64,000 nt of DNA from a virus (lineage: Duplodnaviria > Caudoviricetes), in IMG/VR virus record IMGVR_UViG_3300020048_003360, positions 128,001 through 192,000 of that record; one strand, written 5' to 3'. Shown here in pieces: positions 56,566 through 64,000 of this stretch; the first letter of the stretch is position 1; each line of letters opens with the position of its first letter. A program made the position numbers and the translations under genes. Below the pieces are notes generated by a model. That model saw nothing but the letters and a program-made list of their open reading frames with translations. It was not told the origin of the DNA and made no database searches.

Positions 56566-57194
56566 GTGTGTAAATGTATATTTTTAGTTAAAAAAACATT
56601 CTTAAATATTTCGTCAATTTCCTTACGTACTTCTGGTGGTGTATTATCATCATCGCGGATAATATTTGTAAATAAGATAGGTAGTTCTGGTACAGATGTA
56701 TGTACATCAGGTAATTCAATATCTATCTTACATTTTGTACTATATCTACCAGAACCTACTGCAGCTCCAGGTAGATAGAACATATCTACTTCTAAAATTA
56801 ATTCAGTATTAGGTATTTTAAAAGAGTATCTATCTTTCAACATACCTACGTCAGCTAGTAACTGATACTGACGAAAATTATCTTCAGTAGAAGGAATAGT
56901 AACCTCTAATCTAATTTCTTTATTATGGGTAGCTATCTTTGTAGTATTGGTATATACTGCAGTTTCTTCGGTAATATTTGGAATTGTTTTACGAACACGA
57001 GACTTACCACTAGCCGCATTACCTGGAGAATGCGGGATATCTATTTGCCACTGCTCATGATGTTCTTTACTATATGCTTTTAGTAGTTCTGACATATCTA
57101 CTAAATCAGCATAAAGAACAACTTCTATTTCTTTTACTATTTCACCAGTAGCTGCTTCTTCTAGCGCTCTACGTAACATTTTCATTTTCATCAC
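56562..57194 (-). CDS. CYTH/triphosphate-tunnel family protein
   Basis: EIE, EQW, RVRK, KDRYSF, LEVDMF, KIDIE pattern. Confidence 0.65.
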   Translation of the reverse strand: MMKMKMLRRALEEAATGEIVKEIEVVLYADLVDMSELLKAYSKEHHEQWQIDIPHSPGNAASGKSRVRKTIPNITEETAVYTNTTKIATHNKEIRLEVTIPSTEDNFRQYQLLADVGMLKDRYSFKIPNTELILEVDMFYLPGAAVGSGRYSTKCKIDIELPDVHTSVPELPILFTNIIRDDDNTPPEVRKEIDEIFKNVFLTKNIHLHT

Positions 57195-57326
57195 CTAACA
57201 AACATTAATAACATAGACATAGCCACAATAACAGTAATAATTAAGAGTTCTACAATAATACTTGTATGGATGTTTTTTTTATTAGTAGATACTTCTTCTA
57301 GAGTTCTGCAGAGTGTCTTCATCTTA

Positions 57327-57959
57327 TCATCCAAAGATAACTTTCATAACTGCCAAAACAGCATCTAGTACACTTTTTAAAACACTAGTGTCTTTACCTG
57401 TAGTGGTGCTAGTTAAGAGTAGAGTAATTATGATGGCAACAATAGCTACAATTATAATTAATCCATTATTAAATATTCTTCTACCAGTTCGTTTAATTCT
57501 AATCTGTTCCTTTTTAGCTTCTTGTTTTTCTAGTTCTTCAGGAGTAGGGTTTTGTCTTTTATCAATACCTTCAAATTCTAAATTCTGACTTCTTCTATCC
57601 TTAGCACCCCACAATGGTTCTACTTTAGCTATCTCAGCTTTTTTTAGTTGAATATAACCAGCTAGTAATTCTATCTGCGTTTCAAAATCATGTTTACTTA
57701 AAGCTGATTTTAATTCAGCTCCAGTACTTTTATCACTTAGCTTTTCAATACTGTCATTAAAGTCAGCCAATCTATTGTGAACTGTAATTAATTCAGATAA
57801 TGGTGTAGTTTCTAATGAACCCACACTAGCTAGATGTTTACTAATGTACGCGTTGTCAGCCACTCCTTTTAAAACCACTTCTGCCATTTTTGGTATGACT
57901 GGTTTTCTTTTATCCGATGGTAATGGAGCAGCTACCCATTTAATTTCTCTTTCAACCAT
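57327..57959 (-). CDS. Hypothetical membrane protein
   Basis: 210 aa with C-terminal TM helix. Confidence 0.7.
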   Translation of the reverse strand: MVEREIKWVAAPLPSDKRKPVIPKMAEVVLKGVADNAYISKHLASVGSLETTPLSELITVHNRLADFNDSIEKLSDKSTGAELKSALSKHDFETQIELLAGYIQLKKAEIAKVEPLWGAKDRRSQNLEFEGIDKRQNPTPEELEKQEAKKEQIRIKRTGRRIFNNGLIIIVAIVAIIITLLLTSTTTGKDTSVLKSVLDAVLAVMKVIFG

Positions 57960-57961
57960 TA

Positions 57962-58255
57962 TTATTCCTTATTGGTATTTTTCATAACCTCTATCTTCCA
58001 GGCTCTTAAAAGACTTAGTCTTTTATTACAGACAGAAGCATTATGAAGTAATTCACTACTATAGTTAACTAATAATTCTTCGCGTCCTACTAAATTAGTA
58101 TTTAAATATGTAGTTTTATCTGGTGGTGGAGATATTACGCAATCTAATATAAGTTCATCTGGAACCATTACTTGTGTGGCTACATTTACTGTTGGTGGAG
58201 TACTAGCACACCCAGATAATGAAATTAATATTGATATAATAAAAAATTTAAACAC
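57962..58255 (-). CDS. o-spanin-like lipoprotein
   Basis: Lipobox LSGC, Pro-rich, C..R.SLLRAW tail. Confidence 0.75.
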   Translation of the reverse strand: MFKFFIISILISLSGCASTPPTVNVATQVMVPDELILDCVISPPPDKTTYLNTNLVGREELLVNYSSELLHNASVCNKRLSLLRAWKIEVMKNTNKE

Positions 58256-58265
58256 TTTATACTCC

Positions 58266-58691
58266 TTACTTATTACAAGATGGGTGTGATTCTACACTAT
58301 TGCAGAACTGTTCCCATAATCCATTTATTAGTACTTCACTACGTTTTAATATAAGACCTTCATCCACTTCAGCTAGTGGTATATTTGTATCTACTTTTAT
58401 TTGATCTAGTTGTTGTTTTACCTTATATATTACGATGGTTCTTTTAGCTGTTAAGTGATCTATGTCTTTACTTAATTTAACATTGGTCTTACTAGTTACC
58501 GTAGCCACTGCTTTATCAACTTTAATTGTTTTTTCTAATACTTTATTAGCTACCTCGTGTACCACTACTGCTTTTTCTAACTTTTTTACTTCTTTACCTT
58601 TATAATGATTACTTATAAATAAACCAATAAGTATAGTCGATAATACAGCAAGTAAAATTAATTTACCTTTAGTGAACATAATGTTCTCCAT
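58266..58691 (-). CDS. i-spanin-like protein
   Basis: N-terminal TM plus periplasmic coiled coil, immediately upstream of the lipoprotein. Confidence 0.7.
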   Translation of the reverse strand: MENIMFTKGKLILLAVLSTILIGLFISNHYKGKEVKKLEKAVVVHEVANKVLEKTIKVDKAVATVTSKTNVKLSKDIDHLTAKRTIVIYKVKQQLDQIKVDTNIPLAEVDEGLILKRSEVLINGLWEQFCNSVESHPSCNK

Positions 58692-59259
58692 TAATGACTT
58701 TTATGTACATACCATACGCTACAGCTAAAGCATCTATAGAATGCTCATCTAAGTTAAATAACGGAATAATTCCATTATAATTAAGATTGGGTAAATCTAT
58801 TATTTTCTGTTTCATTGTGTATTTATCGGCATTTCCTTTTGCACCCACAGCATTCTTAACAGATGATGGATCTATAGTGTACAGTTTATGCCAGTAGCTA
58901 TAGTTCATAACACTTCTTTTTATACTACACATTACTTCAGTAAGTGCTACACCAGCTGCCGGAAACTTAACCATAAAGAAAGGTGATTCTGAACAAATAA
59001 ATGTTGGTTTATAGTAATGGAATATCCTAAGTAATTCATTTTCTAATCCCAATATTCTACCAGTTCTTTCACCATATCTATTAGATGTCCAGTCGTCATT
59101 ACCTTTAAGTTTATTACCATTTAAAGTAAAAGCATCGCTAGTTATTATTTTTAGATTATCTAGATTAATGATTAATATCGCTATGCCTAAATTTGTAGTA
59201 CCTGGATCTATACCAATGATTATTATTTCATTAGATGAATCTTTAGGCATAACTAACAT
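58669..59259 (-). CDS. ruvC: RuvC-like Holliday junction resolvase
   Basis: IIGIDPGT, ESPF, VKNAVGAKGNADK, DEHSIDALAVA. Confidence 0.9.
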   Translation of the reverse strand: MLVMPKDSSNEIIIIGIDPGTTNLGIAILIINLDNLKIITSDAFTLNGNKLKGNDDWTSNRYGERTGRILGLENELLRIFHYYKPTFICSESPFFMVKFPAAGVALTEVMCSIKRSVMNYSYWHKLYTIDPSSVKNAVGAKGNADKYTMKQKIIDLPNLNYNGIIPLFNLDEHSIDALAVAYGMYIKVINGEHYVH

Positions 59260-59314
59260 AATTTAATTCCAATATTTACCCACACCACTAATGCAGTGTG
59301 GGGTTTATTAAATG

Positions 59315-60151
59315 TTATTCTAATTGAAATAGACTTTCGGTAGCACCTACATCCAATAGAATATCAATACCTGAAGAATTATAAGCTAATGCAAATAGTG
59401 CATTTACAAATGATATACACTGAACAGCAACTGCCTCATTAAATGGAGCAGATCCATTATTGATAGTGGGGCTTTGTACTACCTTATCTACTCCTGAACA
59501 TAAAGCTATTTCAGATATAATAGCATAACCTGGATCACCATAAATAACATTTGCTACATTTAGTAACTCAGCTACATCATCAGCTGTTAAAGCAATACTC
59601 AATTCAGCAGATGCAGAAACATAGTCACCAGTTACTAAATTTACACCAGTATTATTAAGTGGTGGTGGTACTGGATTTAGATTAGCTGCGGTAGGTGTAA
59701 ATGGATTAGTTGTAGAAACGCCATTAACGACAGAAATACTGTTCAGTTCAGGAACTAAAGTATTAACAGGTAGTCTTTTTAAATAATAGGCAAAGTATTG
59801 AACACCATCGTGTGTCTCAATACGACGTAGTGCGTATTTTGCCTTAGCTACTGCGTCTATATCATTATCTAATGGACGCAGTACAAATGGAATACCATTG
59901 TATAAAGCTGCATCTGTTGCACTATGTTGAATTGGATTTGTTAATGGAATGCCGTTGGCTCCTATGGTCATTTTGTGACCACCATTACCAATTGCATAGT
60001 AACCTAATGTAGGAGTTCTAATTGGAGCTATACCTGCCTGAATTCCATAGAGTTCATTTAATGTTGAATCTGGTGACATTACAAAACTAATGTTACTAAG
60101 TAAACAAGTTTGTAAGTATGAAGAATATGCCGTTCTGGTGGTCAGTTGCAT
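59315..60151 (-). CDS. Virion structural protein (phiKZ-like)
   Basis: YYAIGNGGH, PFVLRPLDND, YFAYYLKRL and IISEIALCSGVD motifs. Confidence 0.7.
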   Translation of the reverse strand: MQLTTRTAYSSYLQTCLLSNISFVMSPDSTLNELYGIQAGIAPIRTPTLGYYAIGNGGHKMTIGANGIPLTNPIQHSATDAALYNGIPFVLRPLDNDIDAVAKAKYALRRIETHDGVQYFAYYLKRLPVNTLVPELNSISVVNGVSTTNPFTPTAANLNPVPPPLNNTGVNLVTGDYVSASAELSIALTADDVAELLNVANVIYGDPGYAIISEIALCSGVDKVVQSPTINNGSAPFNEAVAVQCISFVNALFALAYNSSGIDILLDVGATESLFQLE

Positions 60152-60161
60152 GGTGTTTCCT

Positions 60162-62408
60162 TTATGGTGTAATGGGATAATTAATTACTTCGTTATCTGC
60201 ATAGATATAATCAGTTACAGTATTTTCTATTTTTATCGATGGGTTTTCATTAAACCCATAAATATCAATATTTGGACTAGTGGAATCACCAGTCACCACT
60301 ATAGCTTTCTTAACTCTAATTGTTTCAATTTGTATTTTAAATTTAGTAATTGGTGTGGATAATATTGGATGTTTTCTTTCTGTATGGGTATGTTTAATGA
60401 CCATGCTCTCACTCATGGAAACTTTAGTCATGTCTCCAATATTAATTTGGTGTTTATATTCAGAATAATGATTTGCTTCTGAATAAATAACGCCAGTACC
60501 TAAATCTAATAGTGTAAAATCACCAGTTTCTCTAGTAAAAATATTATCAGCACGAACCGTAGTCCAGTCAGTTCTATTAACAACACCATTATTAATAGTA
60601 GAAATAAATTGCACACTATAGCTAGATAATTGCGTCATGATATTCATCATGGCTTTTTGGATATTGCCAATAGAACTATTTGCAAATTCAGCCACACCAG
60701 TAGCAGCAGTTAAGATAGTGGTATAGAATGTAGATAATTCAGATGCAGCCATATCACTAATATCTATATTGCGTTCATTTAACCAACTACCATATAGTGT
60801 TTCAGTTGGAACTAAAGTACAAATACAGTCACTATAGATACGTGACACCATATTAGCCACCATAGCTCTTTGTATTGATTGTTCTTGCTTAGCTGTAATT
60901 TTTCTTTGCATTTGAGCAGCTTTATGTATTTTAGTACACAAAATATAAAAAGCATCTATAGAAATAAGAGTATCTATTTTTGGTTGTAATGAAAGTAATT
61001 CTACAGCAAGTGTTCTATCTACTCTTTTACTATCTACCATAGTCATGATTTCATCGGCAGTCACTATAGTACTGGCTGTGGGTAATATTCGCTGTACCCT
61101 AATAGCCACTGCTTTAGGAATCGTTAAAACGTTAATTCCAATTGAATTACAAAAAACATACCAGGCTAATATAAACGCATCCAAAGCAGATAGTGTTAAT
61201 AGACTATTTGTTTTTGGATTAATGACGTTTACATACGCTACGTATTTACCTATACTGGCTAAGTAAATCCATTGATTTATTAGTATTTCATTTAAACTAT
61301 ATGGCTCACTATTTGACTCATCAATAACTGAAGATTCTAATATTTTAGTTGGAATTATACTAGAAGTAGCATTTTCCATCTGTTCTTCTATCGATAATAT
61401 ATTTTGTTCATTATGTTTTTTATTATCAGAAACTACTTTATTCTCAATATCCAACACTTCACTTAATGTTAATATACGTTGTCTCGATAGATCGTGTTTT
61501 TCATTTAGTGATTTTCTATAAAATACAATCTCAGGATAAATATTATCTGATAAGTTAGTTAAATCATGATGCATTGTATATTCAGTGAGTGGTAAATTAC
61601 GCACTGTCATGATATTATGGGTTAACCAATCAAATACTGCTTTCTTACCAGCATTACGTTCTATATACGCAATGTTTCTATAAAAAAATAATCCCTGACT
61701 TAAAGTCATGTGGTCGATATAGTCATTTAATAAATTATGACTAGCTAAATATTGTCGAACGTGAAAACTATGTGCTTCATTAGATTTACATGCCTGTAGT
61801 CTGTATGTTAAGATAGCTGGTAATAGATTAAGATACATAATACCTAAAGCTGTAGCGGGATATAACACATCGCTAATACCATACTGTACATTTGTCCATC
61901 TAATTTTATAACCATATATCCATTTTTGTAGATTAGAGATTAAACTATATTCATTTGGTTCTACTAAGTGTAATGGATATCCTAAAATAGTTCCATCTGT
62001 AGCTGCTATGGCTTTATTAATATCTATCGGATATAAAATACCTTTAATCAGTAACTCTTGATCTGGATACTGTGTTAATAAAACTTTATAGTGTCTAGTA
62101 CCATACTGATATGCTTTTGCTGTAGCTGGATTTAAAATTAAATTTTCTATTGTAAATTTAATTACTTCCAATGTATCCATTGAAATAATATACATCGGTA
62201 CATCTACTGGATGATACTGACCACTTATATTTAAATAATACTTAAAAGTTTCTGGTTGTAATAAATTAACTTCATCAACACCAATCATCATAGCTTGATC
62301 ATTTACATATCTATTTAAGCCATCTACAGTATCTTGTGATTTAATTATTAATGTAGATGCTAATTGTGTGCAGGCATTAATATAGATTTCATAGTAGTTA
62401 TTTAGCAC
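60162..62408 (-). CDS. Virion/baseplate structural protein upstream of portal
   Basis: KYYLNISGQYH, AHSFHVRQYLASH, FFYRNIAYIERNAGK. Confidence 0.7.
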   Translation of the reverse strand: MLNNYYEIYINACTQLASTLIIKSQDTVDGLNRYVNDQAMMIGVDEVNLLQPETFKYYLNISGQYHPVDVPMYIISMDTLEVIKFTIENLILNPATAKAYQYGTRHYKVLLTQYPDQELLIKGILYPIDINKAIAATDGTILGYPLHLVEPNEYSLISNLQKWIYGYKIRWTNVQYGISDVLYPATALGIMYLNLLPAILTYRLQACKSNEAHSFHVRQYLASHNLLNDYIDHMTLSQGLFFYRNIAYIERNAGKKAVFDWLTHNIMTVRNLPLTEYTMHHDLTNLSDNIYPEIVFYRKSLNEKHDLSRQRILTLSEVLDIENKVVSDNKKHNEQNILSIEEQMENATSSIIPTKILESSVIDESNSEPYSLNEILINQWIYLASIGKYVAYVNVINPKTNSLLTLSALDAFILAWYVFCNSIGINVLTIPKAVAIRVQRILPTASTIVTADEIMTMVDSKRVDRTLAVELLSLQPKIDTLISIDAFYILCTKIHKAAQMQRKITAKQEQSIQRAMVANMVSRIYSDCICTLVPTETLYGSWLNERNIDISDMAASELSTFYTTILTAATGVAEFANSSIGNIQKAMMNIMTQLSSYSVQFISTINNGVVNRTDWTTVRADNIFTRETGDFTLLDLGTGVIYSEANHYSEYKHQINIGDMTKVSMSESMVIKHTHTERKHPILSTPITKFKIQIETIRVKKAIVVTGDSTSPNIDIYGFNENPSIKIENTVTDYIYADNEVINYPITP

Positions 62409-62491
62409 GTCATTATCCTTCTAGTAAATTGATTCATGTAATGAGTCAATTGTGTATTTTATTTATATCACTTTTAAGAGTAATCTAAAAA

Positions 62492-64000
62492 ATGAAAAAC
62501 GATAACTTTAAGAAAGTAGTCGATGCAGTTCGTGATGATAAGAAATTAAGATTTCCAATCTTAAGTTTAGTCAGAAATGATCCTGGTTTAGCAGCTGTAT
62601 TAAGTAAGTTAACATCATCTACAAATCCAATACAGTATGATAATGCTGGTATGCGCGATAGCCAGATGCCTAATTCCCATATGTTTAGAAACACATCGGA
62701 TTTAATAGCACAGAATGTTAACGACGCACGTACTGTATTACAAGTATTACCCGACATGGAGTTAGCAGCACAAATTTTAGTGAGCTCTATTATTGCTCCT
62801 AAAGATATGGTTACTACTGAACTTACATATTCCGTAATTGAGGGATTAATAGCTCCAGATGTAGGTGCTGCTTTAATTACAAGAACTAAAAAATATTTTG
62901 AGCACGACTATAAAATTAAACCACTTTTAGCTAAAATGCTAAGAGATATTTTATTTGAAACTGGTAGTTACGCAATAGCTGTTTTACCAGAAAATACTAT
63001 TGATGATGTAATCAATGGAAAACATAATATTACTCTAGAAAACCTATCAGAACATATTGATTCTAATGGGATGGTAAAACCATTAGGTCTATTAGGACCC
63101 GCTATTTCTGAAAGACCGACCGTTGAGCGTGCTGGTGGTGGTTTATCTTTAGAATCATTAAAAAATCATTCTAATAATAAATTGATAGATGGTAGAGTAA
63201 CATTAGAATCTGCATTTCAAAAAACAGTAGATACATTCTTAACAGTAACGGATAATCATAATCTATTAAAAATACCACAAATAAATCAACGAGTCCGTGA
63301 AGAAAGGATTGCTAGTATTGTTGGTATTAAAGCACTAGAATCATTTAGTAGTAAAATAAATGATAGACAAATGACTGGTATGGTATATGGTGAACGTAAT
63401 ACTAACTATATGCCAATTACTAAACTAAAAACTCAAGAACAATTGAATCGTAAGACTGTGGGTAATCCATTAATATTACATTTACCCAGTGAGTCGGTTA
63501 TTCCAGTATATGTACCTGGCTGCGTAGAAGAACAAATTGGTTTCTTTGTATTAATTGATGAAAATGGTAATCCAGTAACAAAAGCAGATAACGTGGATCA
63601 GTATCAGCAATTATCCACTAGACTAAGTAGTAATGGTAGCTTTCCATCGGCTATGTTGTCTAGAGTGCGCGCTCAAATGCAGGGATTTGTTCCTGACAAT
63701 AAAGAACATATGGATTTCGCAACACGCGCATATGGTGATATTATTGAACAGGATCTATTAGCCAGACTACGTAATGGTGTATATGGTAATGGTGTGGCTT
63801 TAGCTAAGAATGAAGAAATCTATAGAATTATGTTCTCTAGAACACTGGCTAAACAACATACTCAACTACTATTTATTCCAGTTGAACTAATGACATATAT
63901 TGCGTTTAGTTTTACACCAGATGGTATTGGTAAGTCACTACTAGACAATATGAAGATTCTTAATAGCCTACGTTCTATGGTATTGTTTGCTAATGTAATG
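62492..64000 (+). CDS. Portal protein (phiKZ gp129-like), truncated by window end
   Basis: First ~110 codons translated by hand (LPDMELAAQILVSSIIAPKDM); downstream in-frame motifs seen (LFETGSY, LHLPSESVIP); not in the ORF track because it has no stop in the window. Confidence 0.8.
   Translation, partial: MKNDNFKKVVDAVRDDKKLRFPILSLVRNDPGLAAVLSKLTSSTNPIQYDNAGMRDSQMPNSHMFRNTSDLIAQNVNDARTVLQVLPDMELAAQILVSSIIAPKDMVTTELTYSVIEGLIAPDVGAALITRTKKYFEHDYKIKPLLAKMLRDILFETGSYAIAVLPENTIDDVINGKHNITLENLSEHIDSNGMVKPLGLLGPAISERPTVERAGGGLSLESLKNHSNNKLIDGRVTLESAFQKTVDTFLTVTDNHNLLKIPQINQRVREERIASIVGIKALESFSSKINDRQMTGMVYGERNTNYMPITKLKTQEQLNRKTVGNPLILHLPSESVIPVYVPGCVEEQIGFFVLIDENGNPVTKADNVDQYQQLSTRLSSNGSFPSAMLSRVRAQMQGFVPDNKEHMDFATRAYGDIIEQDLLARLRNGVYGNGVALAKNEEIYRIMFSRTLAKQHTQLLFIPVELMTYIAFSFTPDGIGKSLLDNMKILNSLRSMVLFANVM

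Noticed and set aside
1-64000. Stop-codon recoding
   Set aside because: Long core genes read open under code 11; the breaks seen are explained by introns.

Overview
AT-rich segment of a phiKZ-like (Chimalliviridae-type) jumbo phage genome, standard genetic code. The conserved backbone comprises split virion RNA polymerase subunits (beta N-part, beta', beta C-part), a 3219-aa gp181-like tail protein with an SLT domain, RecA/UvsX, RNase HI, PAAR plus spike, SbcC, a tail fibre, holin/SLT/spanins, RuvC and portal (runs off the right end). The vRNAP beta gene is interrupted by two group I introns, the second carrying an HNH endonuclease. Small minus-strand early cassettes, each behind a shared TATAT(T/A)AC-type promoter, are dotted through the late regions. 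The most unusual part is a ~4 kb RNA island (28.3-32.4 kb). It holds a tRNA-Leu(UAA) with a group I intron after U33, and two further homologous group-I-like ribozyme cores with no recognisable host gene that share a covarying 3' tail and flank a small ORF. It also holds a D-armless tRNA-Arg(UCU)-like RNA and several orphan tRNA halves. Other accessory items: a Tad1-like anti-defence sponge, a SLOG-NADAR-like fusion, a mini-intein in dCTP deaminase and an 11-residue-repeat early protein. Family assignments come from motif recognition only; no database searches were run.
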